From: a virus
Taxonomy: Duplodnaviria > Caudoviricetes
DNA: 64,000 bases
Virus record (IMG/VR): IMGVR_UViG_3300032303_002590
Strand: one strand, 5' to 3'
In this document: positions 27,201 through 37,160 of the stretch, in pieces
Numbering within the stretch: position 1 is the stretch's first letter
Layout of the letters: each line of letters opens with the position of its first letter
Program-made: the position numbers and the translations under genes
Notes under the pieces: generated by a model
The model's database searches: none
Told to the model about the DNA's origin: nothing
The model's input: the letters and a program-made list of their open reading frames with translations, nothing else

Positions 27201-29793
27201 AAAGGATTTTGTTCCTGCTAAAGCTAACTTATCAACAGGATTAGTTATTAACACTAATATCTTAGAAAGAAATAAGATGGCAAGACATGAGCCTGTAATG
27301 ATCTTTGTAGATTATAGTGGTTCAATAGAAACAGCTTTTATAAGTGGATCAAACGGATTAAACAAAATATATAATACATCCTATACTTCTTCTATACCTA
27401 CTATTTCAGGTAGTGTACAAAGAATTAATACTCAAGGTAAAGAATTATTTACAGGTGAATTGGGTGGAACAGTTTTAGTAGTTCATTCTCAATCTTTAGA
27501 TAACGTTGTATATGAATTAAATCATATATCAACTAATGCTGATCAGGGTTTACATGATGCTTTTTACAAATTACCATTCAATCCCGAATTAAATAATGTA
27601 ATGGGTGCAAGAATATCTTCAACTTATCTAAAAGTAGATTATTCTTCAAATCCAATATTACCAGTTAATTATGATTACTTAACTGCAAGTTTAGCTAACT
27701 TAAATAATACTGCTTACCCATTTTTAAGAGCTGCAATCCAAGATAGTAACTATACTTTATATAGACATTTTACCCCAAGGTACGATGGAAGTAAATTATT
27801 TAATACCCAAAATAATGTTTATAACCCAAATGATATATCATATGGTAATAATCCTGTAATTAATTATAATTCTGTTAAATTTGCTTATTTTAAAGAAATA
27901 ACTTCTCAATCCCTTACTTTACCAGGTAGAGTAAATGCTAATATTAAGTATTTAATTGATAGTGCCTCTAGTGTAATTGAATTAACAGAAGCCAATAAAA
28001 ATTTATTTGATATACAATCTATATTTAATAGAGTAGATGCAAATATATCTTTAGACAATGTTAATCAACCCTCTGATCAAAAAATATTAAACGGTTTAAA
28101 ACCAATCTATGCTGGAGGATTTAAATATTACCCTATATTACAAAATATAAATCCAACATCAGGGAGTATATCATTTAATTTAAGTACTCCTATGAAAATT
28201 AATAACCCATCTGGTTCAGGATCAACAGTTCCCGTATCAGCACCAGGTGCATTAACAGTTCAAAATTATAGTTTAACTAACCCCGTAAGTTTTTCCCCTT
28301 TAAATACTGTAAGAGGAAATGTTACCTCAAGTATAGATTCAACTATTACTGTTAGTGTAAGAAAAACCCAAAATATTAATACTGATCTTTATCAAAGGGT
28401 AACAGGAAATGTTACATTTAGTTTTTATATTTCTACCGCAAACCCAACAGGAGGTTATCCAAGATATTATGACTTCGATCATAACTTAAAATTTACCCCT
28501 TCAGGATTAGGTACTTATGGAATTGAAGATGGTATGCTTAGTGTTCCTGGTGGTTTTAATGATAATATAAAAACTGTTGAAATTCCAGCAGGATTTGTAG
28601 TTAATTCATGGAATTATGGAGGTCCAGGATATACTGATTTTGGACCCTCTACAGCATCATATGCAGGAGGTTCTCTGGTTTATAGACAAGGACCATCAGG
28701 TATAGATGCTACTTGGATAGGGGGAATTGATAGTTCAGCTTCATTAGAATTATCTAATATTACCAATCAATTTAACCCCTCAGGTATTACCCAAACTTTC
28801 AAACAAGGGAATGATATAAATCTTACTAATGGTGCTATTAATTATACATCAACCAACTTTACAAGTAATAATGTAGGTTTAACTGGTATACCATTTAGTA
28901 ATGGTTTAGGATGTGTAATTACTTATAATATTGAGGGAATAGTTATAGTTCCTAATACTGTAAATGCCGGAGAAACTTATACTACCACATTATTAAATTT
29001 AAGTAATCAAGCAGCCACTATAAAGGGTACTATGAAATTTCTTAGTATAATCCGTAATGCTATTAGTATAACATCCACACCCACCATTACTACCCCAATA
29101 TATACTAACACCAATCCATACTATGGAGGATCACCACCAGCATATTATTACAATTATACTATAATAGATAATGGATTTGTCTCAGGTTCAGGAGCAGCCA
29201 ATTATTATTTTGAAAGAGGAGTACAAGGATATGATAGTGATTTAAATACAACCGGATCTAATTATTATTGTTATTTAACTGCATCTTACGATTTATCTAA
29301 TTATTATTATAGTAATATAACAAATTATATAGGTGGTAATAACAGTATCAATTCTTTTATTCAAGTTGAAACTACATCTTCTCAAGCATCTTTTTTAAAT
29401 TATGAAGATATAAAAACTCCCTTTTTACCTAAACCTGGAGATTTAATTAGATTTTATGACCATGATAGAAATATATTCCCAATAGAATTTGAAAGAGAAA
29501 TTTTAGATGTATTACCACCATTAAATACACCCCAAAGTGGTTCCATTTATAATAGACTGGTATTCAAACTCTCAGATTCTATACCAAATCAATCATGTTC
29601 TGATTATATAAAACATATCCAAAACTTTATTTTCCTTTCTAAAGTAGAAGATGAAACTAATGTAGTATTATTTACTGATAAAAACCCTGGACAAACATCA
29701 GCAGGTATTTTACTTCCTGAGTATTTAGATCCAAAAACTAAAGAAGATGCTGGTAATATTGTTAAAAGATTAAAATCACAAAACTTAATTTAA
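24247..29793 (+). CDS. large baseplate protein (gp7/P2 gpI-like core, LamG-like domain, fibre-like C-terminus)
   Basis: LLKTKGTRRGLRALINCFG; TIEFRF...W....L.LGG...F.G..QEFRYW LamG-like pattern. Confidence 0.75.
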   Translation: MEITNISNIDSNQFLNQNYTSKDEALLNSLNVSKEFGLPEDNVELHVISNNGDLLDIVYDFKNYTTYKTTEGTSLYNQIVVDPKSDLESFGLNQGTYDVVYNFYRTMFSSSEANQFYITEISSNRTEIKVSTNNTSYTALGQSYLTFVAERNSRAFYSDFILNFGDNKTYIGVNVAFDNVNQTLPSLYIKLYEPLPANITTKDTFWLVENISDPYAFQVTTNFIAETTIDSSPLRGPNINIELAEKANLTTPYLNLSSLLSSNISSSYQQLQSWLEEKSIEISVDYSNFSNFVHFSSANERLQNFKYKLHQIQLLQADINAINSLNISSSVTYISSSVLTLQNQLNTLIQKLDGYEYYLYYESGSNAWPKSNTTKPYTNTSTTDAVAITWFNNQLINATNYDTSNRDYVWNNLPEYITVDQQNSNLELFVSMLGQHYDYIWTYIKDITDLQVADNRIDHGISKDLVADTLRNFGIKLYTNSRGQDDLYISLLGINPNNSTLPSTGSLVINNYVSASQYTIPGNDITKETYKRIYHNLPYLLKTKGTRRGLRALINCFGISDTILKIKEYGGNKKDQDIIEQITPKFNYALNLNNTGILLSQMFASYKQYLDTGHDDIVPDTIEFRFKLDSTNYFPTQSLLESDNSWKHIRVLKTTGSNANISFGLSNGSGLTYSTPIELPLYNDDWWTLNLTRETGSLGLSQTGSNQTYTLTIGNKDFNGIQYLASCSIYNTGSGRANYNNYGWSQFDTLYLGGASYIAPFTGSFQEFRYWIGSIPINDFKDHILNPRSIVFNGVTGSYNNLIFRLPLGSELDNYIVDTLYSVHPSPTSSFWDGSVSSSLASLYYTESITYNVNHETYLINTPNIGNFTEIDEKVRIATPNLVPGDVLTPYISIQKPEEYPYSTDLNVVEVAISPQDSINADIIEQLGSFSIDEYIGDPRLASSGSYPALTDLRNFYFKKYSNKENVFDLIKLLSYFDNSLFKMIKDFVPAKANLSTGLVINTNILERNKMARHEPVMIFVDYSGSIETAFISGSNGLNKIYNTSYTSSIPTISGSVQRINTQGKELFTGELGGTVLVVHSQSLDNVVYELNHISTNADQGLHDAFYKLPFNPELNNVMGARISSTYLKVDYSSNPILPVNYDYLTASLANLNNTAYPFLRAAIQDSNYTLYRHFTPRYDGSKLFNTQNNVYNPNDISYGNNPVINYNSVKFAYFKEITSQSLTLPGRVNANIKYLIDSASSVIELTEANKNLFDIQSIFNRVDANISLDNVNQPSDQKILNGLKPIYAGGFKYYPILQNINPTSGSISFNLSTPMKINNPSGSGSTVPVSAPGALTVQNYSLTNPVSFSPLNTVRGNVTSSIDSTITVSVRKTQNINTDLYQRVTGNVTFSFYISTANPTGGYPRYYDFDHNLKFTPSGLGTYGIEDGMLSVPGGFNDNIKTVEIPAGFVVNSWNYGGPGYTDFGPSTASYAGGSLVYRQGPSGIDATWIGGIDSSASLELSNITNQFNPSGITQTFKQGNDINLTNGAINYTSTNFTSNNVGLTGIPFSNGLGCVITYNIEGIVIVPNTVNAGETYTTTLLNLSNQAATIKGTMKFLSIIRNAISITSTPTITTPIYTNTNPYYGGSPPAYYYNYTIIDNGFVSGSGAANYYFERGVQGYDSDLNTTGSNYYCYLTASYDLSNYYYSNITNYIGGNNSINSFIQVETTSSQASFLNYEDIKTPFLPKPGDLIRFYDHDRNIFPIEFEREILDVLPPLNTPQSGSIYNRLVFKLSDSIPNQSCSDYIKHIQNFIFLSKVEDETNVVLFTDKNPGQTSAGILLPEYLDPKTKEDAGNIVKRLKSQNLI

Positions 29794-29839
29794 AAGATAA
29801 AAACTATACATATTTATAATTGTAAATTAACAAAAACTT

Positions 29840-30499
29840 ATGGGATTCTTAAATAACACATCTGTAACCGTAGATGCTATTCTAACTAAAAAAGGTAGAG
29901 AATTATTAGCTAAAAATGACGGTTCATTTAGAATTACTCAATTTTCATTATCTGATGATGAAATTGATTATACTTTATATAACCCTTCTCATCCTTCAGG
30001 ATCAGCTTATTATGGTGAAGCTATTGAAGCAATGCCCATAATTGAAGCATTTCCTGATGAGACCCAAATAATGAAGTATAAACTTTTAACCTTACCAAGA
30101 GGTACAGCTAAATTACCTGTATTAAATGTAGGTTATACTACTATTGTTTTAAAACAAGGTGCTACATTAGCTATTACTCCTCAAACATTAAATTACTTAG
30201 GAGCTTCTACAGCATTTGAATCTTCAGGTTATACAGCAACAATTGGTGATTCTAGATTATTATCTACATTCAATGGGGTAGGTATTAATACTACAGAAGC
30301 TACAACATTAAATTCAACTACTACTATTGGAACTAATGTTTCAAGAACAGTAATTGGATCTACTATAAATTTAACAGCAACTACTGTTAATACTTTATTT
30401 GGTGCTCAACCTTCATTATCAACTGTCTTAACTATAATTGGTAGAGATTCAGGAGCCCGATTAACAATCCCTGTAACAATAACTAAAGTAACTCAATAA
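29840..30499 (+). CDS. baseplate/tail-collar structural protein
   Basis: DAILTKKGRELLA...ITQFSLSDDEIDY. Confidence 0.65.
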   Translation: MGFLNNTSVTVDAILTKKGRELLAKNDGSFRITQFSLSDDEIDYTLYNPSHPSGSAYYGEAIEAMPIIEAFPDETQIMKYKLLTLPRGTAKLPVLNVGYTTIVLKQGATLAITPQTLNYLGASTAFESSGYTATIGDSRLLSTFNGVGINTTEATTLNSTTTIGTNVSRTVIGSTINLTATTVNTLFGAQPSLSTVLTIIGRDSGARLTIPVTITKVTQ

Positions 30500-30503
30500 T
30501 AAT

Positions 30504-31538
30504 ATGAGCTTTGTATCTTTTAACCCTGAAGACTTTGTAGTAAGTGCTGATTCAATTACTTCAGTATTATGGAGTAGTGGAAATACTACTTTAACTACTT
30601 TCTTTACTTCTTCAACTGCAATTACCAATAATGCTTATTTACCAGTATACTGGAGAAATCCTTCTATTTATACTTCGGATCAATCTCAATTCTCAATTGC
30701 ATATGGACATATAGATGGAACAGGATCAGCTCCTATTAACCCTTCAGTTGCAGGTAAATCACCATCAAGAATTACTTATGGTCAATTTAGAACATTAGTT
30801 AATGGTGATGAGAATATTCCTTTTAATTTTGGAGCAGGTAATACAACATCCCCTGATGTTTTTGTGATAAATGTTAATAGAGCTAATTATAAAGAAAAAT
30901 TATTCCCAGGAACATTTAATTTATCACTATCAGGTTCAGCTCAAATTAATTTAACAGATAATAGTAACCAAGTAACTACTTTAACCTATTGTGATGCAGG
31001 TAGAGTATTTGATATAGTAAGTGGTTCAAATGGAACAGCTACAACATCTATCCCATTTTCTAGTTCAGCAGCAGGATATACAGTTTCAGGTTCATATGGT
31101 AAATACTTACCAGATGTAGGTTTAATTTTATTAAACCCAAGAGCATTAGCTTTATCTGCTAGTTTTGGTGGTGTAGGATTAAGTATACCAACTTCTAATA
31201 CTTCAAATAATTTAGGAAATATAAATAGTGCCTTATTTACAGCTATGAATTTAGCAGGAGGAGCTGGATTTTCATTAAATAGCGAAGAAACAATAACATC
31301 AGATTACATTTTTACTAGAATAAAAAATGGTGATTTTAATTATACTACTAACCCTTCTATGATAAGTGGTAGTGGAGATTTTTATTATCCAACTCTAGTA
31401 AACAATCCAAGAACCTATATTACTACAGTAGGTATGTATAATAGTAGTAATGAGTTATTAGCTGTAGCTAAATTATCAACTCCATTAGCCAAAGATTTCA
31501 CAAAAGAAGCTCTTATTAGAGTAAAATTAGACTTTTAA
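30504..31538 (+). CDS. baseplate/tail structural protein
   Basis: C-terminal YITTVGMYN..NELLAVAKL; paralogous to 34532-34837. Confidence 0.7.
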   Translation: MSFVSFNPEDFVVSADSITSVLWSSGNTTLTTFFTSSTAITNNAYLPVYWRNPSIYTSDQSQFSIAYGHIDGTGSAPINPSVAGKSPSRITYGQFRTLVNGDENIPFNFGAGNTTSPDVFVINVNRANYKEKLFPGTFNLSLSGSAQINLTDNSNQVTTLTYCDAGRVFDIVSGSNGTATTSIPFSSSAAGYTVSGSYGKYLPDVGLILLNPRALALSASFGGVGLSIPTSNTSNNLGNINSALFTAMNLAGGAGFSLNSEETITSDYIFTRIKNGDFNYTTNPSMISGSGDFYYPTLVNNPRTYITTVGMYNSSNELLAVAKLSTPLAKDFTKEALIRVKLDF

Positions 31539-31541
31539 TGA

Positions 31542-34532
31542 ATGAGTTTTTCATACAAAACATTAAATTCAAATGATATAGCACTAACCTCCTATATTGC
31601 TAATAAGCAATGGGAGGTTACTGATGCTACTCTATCTCAAAATGGTGTTGCGATTTATATAGGTGAAAATTTACCTATTAATAAAGCTAACCCATTTGAT
31701 CCAATAAATGACTCTCAAACTGAAAATGAAGAATATAGAAGATTAGTATTTGACTCTATAAAAAATCTTTATTACCAAAACTATGTTTCTGGAACACTAT
31801 CAGGACAATTTTTTCAATCATCTTCATTTTTTAATTACGAGCAATCTACATTAGTATCAGGTACTATTAGGAATTTACCTACAATTACAGGTAGTTCAGC
31901 TATAGCTAATAATCCAACACTATATGGTTCTAGTTTATATGATATTTCTTCTAGTTTATATGATACAACAGGATATGACCCTGATAAAGGGAGTAAAATA
32001 GTAGTTATATCAATAAATCAAAATATATTTGGATCAGGATTATCACCAAACACTGTAATAATTTCAGGTTCAACCTATAATTTACAAGATGATGGTGAGG
32101 GTAATATAATGGATACTTTAACTTCTATTTATGTAGGTAACGTATTTTATTCTCAAGGATTAATAGTAATAACTAATCAAGATTACTTATGTGTATTTGG
32201 AGCTCCTCCAACTACAACAAACGATTATTTTTCATATTTAAATGTTAATTATAATCCCCAAACTTTAGATATATTAGCAAATGATTTTGCTGATTGTGGA
32301 GTAATAGATCAAACCTCAGTACAACTAATGACTGTACCAGGTTTTAGTTTTCCTAATTATACTTTAAGTAATGGTATTATAACAATAACACCTGATCAAA
32401 CAAGTATAATACCTGGTAATTATCAACTAAATTATACTGTTGGAAATCTCAATGGAATTAGAAGTAATACTAGTTCAATTAATTTAACTATAACATCTAG
32501 ACCTTTAAATCTTAGAATTTCTAATGCAGTTAAATCTTGTTTTGATACTCCATCTTCAAATCTTGTAACTTTTACAATTAATAATGGGGTACCACCATAT
32601 AGTTATTCTTTAGATAATGGAGCTACTTATACAGGAGTACCTGGATTTTTTAATCAAACTATTAATGCCTATATGACTTCGGGTATGGGTAATAAAATTT
32701 ATATTAAAGATTATTTAGAAGATATAATAACTGGATCATTTGATTCACTATATCCTCCTATAACTTATACTATATCCTCTAAACTAAACCCCTGCTCAGG
32801 TTCAAGTAACGGTAGATTAGGAATAACTCAAGGGAGTACAGATACCGCAACACAAGCCTCAATAGATGGAGGTGCCACATATTATTCATTGCCTAAAACC
32901 TTTACTGGTCTAAATTCAGGATCTTATACTTTATACACTAAAGATTCTCATGGGTGTGTTACTAGTTCAATAGTAACTCTAGGAATATATCCTGCTTTAA
33001 CATCTAGTGCAACCCAATCTAATGTATCTTGTTATGGATCAAGTAATGGTTACATATCAGTAGCATTTACTGGTGTTACGGATACATTAATTGTTAATAT
33101 GACAGATGCTACTGGTAGTTATATATATTCAAGTATTAATTTAAGTGATTTTCCTAATAATACAGTTACTGCTTCTAATTTAGTAAGTGGAAGTTATAGT
33201 TTAGTATTATCTTCTATAGGAATGAACCAATGTCAATCTTATAATAATACATTTACTATAACATCTCCAACTCAACTAACATTTAAAACAACAGCATCTT
33301 ACATAGATTCATGTTCTAATGCTATAATATTTTCAGGTTCAGGTGGTACCTCTCCTTATACTTACTATGCTGTAGAAACAGCTTCAAGTACTATATATTC
33401 ATCAACTTCTAGCTCTGTAACCTTAAATGGATTAACAGGAGGTACATTTAATACTTTTATAGTAGATAATAGTGGATGTATATCAACTTCTTCTTTAGTA
33501 ACATCTTATGGTAGAATTTATAACTATACTGGATCATATTGTGTTACATCAAGTGGAAGTAATACTGGATATGTCTCAAGTTCGGGGATACAACAAAACT
33601 TTATTTCGGGCCCATATTCAGGTTCTATTGTAACTTCTAGTTACTCTAGTGGTTCTACTTTATTAGACCCTACTGTTAATTTTAAACAATTATTTATCTC
33701 AGGAACATTTGATAATATACAACCACTAGGAGAGGATACCCCTTGGTATCAAAGATATTATTCTAATCCTACTTTATGCCCTCCAGGAGGATGTTATGCT
33801 CCTATTTTAGTAACAGCTTTCCCAATAAGTTGTTCAACTAACTGGTCATCATCATATTCAGTGACTTATAATTCAGGATCATCTTTAGCTACTAAAACTA
33901 TAATTGAATATAGTTACACTTCTGATTTTGCCAATAAAGTTACTCATAGTATAAATAATGCTTCCCCAACAATCTCTCCTTTTTATACATTAACTGATTT
34001 TGGGGCATTTAATACTCCTAATACAATAATGTATTTTAGGGCTTATAATAGTTGTAGTATAGGAACTACTTCATCTTACAGTAATATTTTAACTGCAAGT
34101 TGTGCTACTATCCCACCCCCATCTCTTTTTACAGTACAGATTAAAAACCATACAGGAGCAACTTTAAATTATACTACAGGATCTATTCAATATATTATAT
34201 ATAATAATAAATCAGCTAGTGTTTCATTCACTAGTCAAACTAAAGATATAAGTTTATATACTATACATCCCGTTCATAGTGGAGCAGGAGGTGATATTCA
34301 TAAAGTAAATGTTTCTAGTAGTAATGATGTAAATAATAATGTTTATACTTTATTACACTGCCCCATAAATCCTACAGCATACCCTGATTATACAGTATCA
34401 ACAGAATATATTGATGGTGGGTATAATTTTTTCTTTATAGATGATATTAGTAATTTATATACGGATTTAACAGTTCATATTGATAGAGATACTTACACAA
34501 ATGCAGGGACTATAACTTTAGATATAACGTAA
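31542..34532 (+). CDS. tail fibre/adhesin with SprB-like and Ig-like repeats
   Basis: NVSCYGSSNGYI, GGTSPYTY, GVPPYSYS, GL..G.Y....D..GC. Confidence 0.75.
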   Translation: MSFSYKTLNSNDIALTSYIANKQWEVTDATLSQNGVAIYIGENLPINKANPFDPINDSQTENEEYRRLVFDSIKNLYYQNYVSGTLSGQFFQSSSFFNYEQSTLVSGTIRNLPTITGSSAIANNPTLYGSSLYDISSSLYDTTGYDPDKGSKIVVISINQNIFGSGLSPNTVIISGSTYNLQDDGEGNIMDTLTSIYVGNVFYSQGLIVITNQDYLCVFGAPPTTTNDYFSYLNVNYNPQTLDILANDFADCGVIDQTSVQLMTVPGFSFPNYTLSNGIITITPDQTSIIPGNYQLNYTVGNLNGIRSNTSSINLTITSRPLNLRISNAVKSCFDTPSSNLVTFTINNGVPPYSYSLDNGATYTGVPGFFNQTINAYMTSGMGNKIYIKDYLEDIITGSFDSLYPPITYTISSKLNPCSGSSNGRLGITQGSTDTATQASIDGGATYYSLPKTFTGLNSGSYTLYTKDSHGCVTSSIVTLGIYPALTSSATQSNVSCYGSSNGYISVAFTGVTDTLIVNMTDATGSYIYSSINLSDFPNNTVTASNLVSGSYSLVLSSIGMNQCQSYNNTFTITSPTQLTFKTTASYIDSCSNAIIFSGSGGTSPYTYYAVETASSTIYSSTSSSVTLNGLTGGTFNTFIVDNSGCISTSSLVTSYGRIYNYTGSYCVTSSGSNTGYVSSSGIQQNFISGPYSGSIVTSSYSSGSTLLDPTVNFKQLFISGTFDNIQPLGEDTPWYQRYYSNPTLCPPGGCYAPILVTAFPISCSTNWSSSYSVTYNSGSSLATKTIIEYSYTSDFANKVTHSINNASPTISPFYTLTDFGAFNTPNTIMYFRAYNSCSIGTTSSYSNILTASCATIPPPSLFTVQIKNHTGATLNYTTGSIQYIIYNNKSASVSFTSQTKDISLYTIHPVHSGAGGDIHKVNVSSSNDVNNNVYTLLHCPINPTAYPDYTVSTEYIDGGYNFFFIDDISNLYTDLTVHIDRDTYTNAGTITLDIT

Positions 34533-34837
34533 TGGCAGCAATAGTACAAGATCCAAATGCAACTCTAAGATTCAAAAATGAATATATCATTTATGAACAG
34601 GAAGTTCGTTGTAAAGTAGGAGAAAATGATTTTAACATGACTCTAAACCCTACAATATCAACTGATAATTCAGGTTCATTAAGAGATTTTGCTACAGGAT
34701 CAGATTTTTCTCCTTATGTTACTACAGTAGGACTTTATAATAATAGAAGTGAATTATTAGCTGTAGCTAAATTAGCTCAACCAATTCCACTTTCTTCAAC
34801 AACAGATACAGTTTTTGTAATTAAATATGATATTTAG
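34532..34837 (+). CDS. structural protein; detached C-terminal domain paralogous to the 30504 C-terminus
   Basis: DFNMTLNP...YVTTVGLYN..SELLAVAKL..P. Confidence 0.75.
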   Translation: MAAIVQDPNATLRFKNEYIIYEQEVRCKVGENDFNMTLNPTISTDNSGSLRDFATGSDFSPYVTTVGLYNNRSELLAVAKLAQPIPLSSTTDTVFVIKYDI

Positions 34838-34872
34838 TATTGCATATTGCAATACGCAATCTAAAAAATAAA

Positions 34873-35562
34873 ATGGAAAATACATTTAATTTAAAAAAAT
34901 TCCTTGCTGAAGGGAAATTATTAAAAGAAGAACAAACCTCGAATTTAGAACAAATAAACCCTGATTTTACCTCAGATAAAATAGTTACTACTTCTAATTA
35001 CGCTAATGATAGGGGACAACTTAAATCTCAATTTGGTAAACAATCCTATGATTTTGGAGGAAGTGAAGATCCTATTCCAAATTCTATAATAGTAGATGAT
35101 GCTGAACCTGAAGGTGATAATGAATGGATTCAATTCGATTTAAATAAAGTTGGAAAATTTCCACCAAAAAAATATATCAATTCAACTTTTACTATAGATT
35201 ATATTGATAATCAAAATAATTTAATAAAAACTATCCTAAACTCATTAGAAAGTGGTGGTATATTAGTTGTTTCTGAAAATGTGAAATCTGTATCTGATTT
35301 TTACAATAAACTGAAAAATAATTTTGATATATTAGAAGTTTATGATTTTATGGGTGATTTAAACGAAGGTGTATATACTCCCGAAGAAAGACAAGAAATG
35401 GCTGATAATATAAGAAAAAAATATACCATAAATGGTGTATACTATGATCCTTATTATCCCCTCCCACCTGGACTTAAATATGATAATGAAATGGGGGGTG
35501 ATGGTGAAGACGAAGAAGTAGATGAAAATTCAGTAATATCCCTAATTTTAAAGAAAAAATAA
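34873..35562 (+). CDS. leader-bearing protein with class I SAM-methyltransferase-like fold (start revised from 34840)
   Basis: Leader MENTFNLKKFLAEGKLLKEE; YDFGG...IVD...IQFDL...SLESGGILVV. Confidence 0.55.
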   Translation: MENTFNLKKFLAEGKLLKEEQTSNLEQINPDFTSDKIVTTSNYANDRGQLKSQFGKQSYDFGGSEDPIPNSIIVDDAEPEGDNEWIQFDLNKVGKFPPKKYINSTFTIDYIDNQNNLIKTILNSLESGGILVVSENVKSVSDFYNKLKNNFDILEVYDFMGDLNEGVYTPEERQEMADNIRKKYTINGVYYDPYYPLPPGLKYDNEMGGDGEDEEVDENSVISLILKKK

Positions 35563-35566
35563 AATT

Positions 35567-36010
35567 ATGTGGTTATACGAAAATAAAGAAATAAAAGAAT
35601 TAACAGATATGCCCGAATCTACATTCGGGTTTATTTATGAAGTAACTCATTTACCTACAGGAAGAAAATACTTAGGTAAAAAGCAATTAATATCTGTTCA
35701 AAGAAAAGCTTTAGGTAAAAAAGAATTAGCTTTAATTACTGATAAAAGAGCTTCTAAAAAGAAAACTGTTACTAAAGAAAGTGATTGGAAAACCTATTAC
35801 GGATCAAATCCAACAATTAAACAGATGTTAAAAGAAGGTAAACAAGACGAATTTACAAGAGAAATTATTATGTTTGTACCTAACAAAAAATTATTAACTT
35901 ACTATGAAGACAAATATCTTTATATTAATGAGGTAATAGAAAAAGGAGATACATATTTTAATGACAATATTTCAGGTCGTTTCTTTAAAAAAGACTTTAT
36001 AAAAAACTAG
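35567..36010 (+). CDS. GIY-YIG endonuclease, T4 endonuclease II (DenA)-like
   Basis: GFIY.....TGRKYLGKK...ESDWKTYYGS...FNDNI. Confidence 0.8.
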   Translation: MWLYENKEIKELTDMPESTFGFIYEVTHLPTGRKYLGKKQLISVQRKALGKKELALITDKRASKKKTVTKESDWKTYYGSNPTIKQMLKEGKQDEFTREIIMFVPNKKLLTYYEDKYLYINEVIEKGDTYFNDNISGRFFKKDFIKN

Positions 36011-36038
36011 GATACCACAAAATAATTTATTATATTAC
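36007..36038 (+). promoter_or_regulatory. host-sigma-type promoter for the primase operon
   Basis: TAGG-N19-TATATT. Confidence 0.6.
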
Positions 36039-36055
36039 CATAAAAACCTCTTATT

Positions 36056-36208
36056 ATGAAACGTTACAGCTTATATAATAAAAATTTAACCGAGGCTATT
36101 AATTCAATTAAATCGGCTAATTTAGAAGGAGCAATATTATTTTTTGCTTCTCAAAAAAGATTAGAAATTGATCAATTTCATAAGTTATTTGACGTAAGAG
36201 AATCATAA
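36056..36208 (+). CDS. small hypothetical protein (50 aa, not in track)
   Basis: Fills the gap after the promoter; MKRYSLYNK... Confidence 0.65.
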   Translation: MKRYSLYNKNLTEAINSIKSANLEGAILFFASQKRLEIDQFHKLFDVRES

Positions 36209-36224
36209 ATAGAAAAACAAGGTT

Positions 36225-37160
36225 ATGATAAACGGAATATTATTAGGTCTAGTACAATCTGTACTAGGAAAGGGTAATGCTACCTCAAAAGGTAATTATG
36301 CTTTTCACTGCCCTTTATGTAATCATAGAAAACCCAAATTAGAAATTAATTTAGTACCAACAACTAAGAATGAAAATCCTTGGCATTGTTGGGCTTGTGA
36401 TATTAAAGGAAAAACAATTGCTTCTTTATTTAAATCAGTAAAAGCAGATAGAGAAAAATATTCTGAATTAAATTCCATCTTAGGTACCACAACTAAAATA
36501 GACCAATCAGATTTTAACCTTAACGTAGAATTACCGAAGGAATATAAACCATTATATAATCTGTCAAAAACAGATATTATCGCTAAACACGCGTTATCTT
36601 ACGTTAAAAAACGTGGTATAACACCCACAGATATACTCAAATACCAAATAGGATATTGTGAGATAGGAAGGTATGCTAATAAAATTATTATACCCAATTA
36701 TGATGCTGAAGGTAAATTAAATTACTTTATAGCTCGTTCATTTGAAAAAGATCCGTCTAGAAAATACGATGCAGTATCTACTGATAAGAATTCAATAATT
36801 GGATTTGAAAATTTAATAAATTGGAACTTACCTGTTATACTTTGTGAAGGAGCATTTGATGCAATTGCTATTAAAAGAAATGCAATACCTTTATATGGTA
36901 AAACAATGTCAAAACAATTAACTAAAAAATTATTGTCTAATAATATAAAAGACATATATTTAGCCCTGGATAGTGATGCTTTAAAAAGTACACTTAAAAT
37001 TGCCGGAGATCTACTCCACTCAGGAAAACAATTACATGTTGTGAAATTAGAAGGTAAAGACCCATCAGATATGGGCTTCGAACATTTTACACATTTAGTA
37101 CAAAATTCTCAAGAATTTACCTTTTCTGATCTTTTCTCACTCAAATTAGAAGTAAACTAA
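36225..37160 (+). CDS. DNA primase (zinc finger plus TOPRIM)
   Basis: CPLC...HCWAC; EGAFDA; LDSD; KDPSD. Confidence 0.92.
   Translation: MINGILLGLVQSVLGKGNATSKGNYAFHCPLCNHRKPKLEINLVPTTKNENPWHCWACDIKGKTIASLFKSVKADREKYSELNSILGTTTKIDQSDFNLNVELPKEYKPLYNLSKTDIIAKHALSYVKKRGITPTDILKYQIGYCEIGRYANKIIIPNYDAEGKLNYFIARSFEKDPSRKYDAVSTDKNSIIGFENLINWNLPVILCEGAFDAIAIKRNAIPLYGKTMSKQLTKKLLSNNIKDIYLALDSDALKSTLKIAGDLLHSGKQLHVVKLEGKDPSDMGFEHFTHLVQNSQEFTFSDLFSLKLEVN

Noticed and set aside
24247-34532. Diversity-generating retroelement acting on the fibres
   Set aside because: No reverse transcriptase or template/variable repeat pair was seen in the window.
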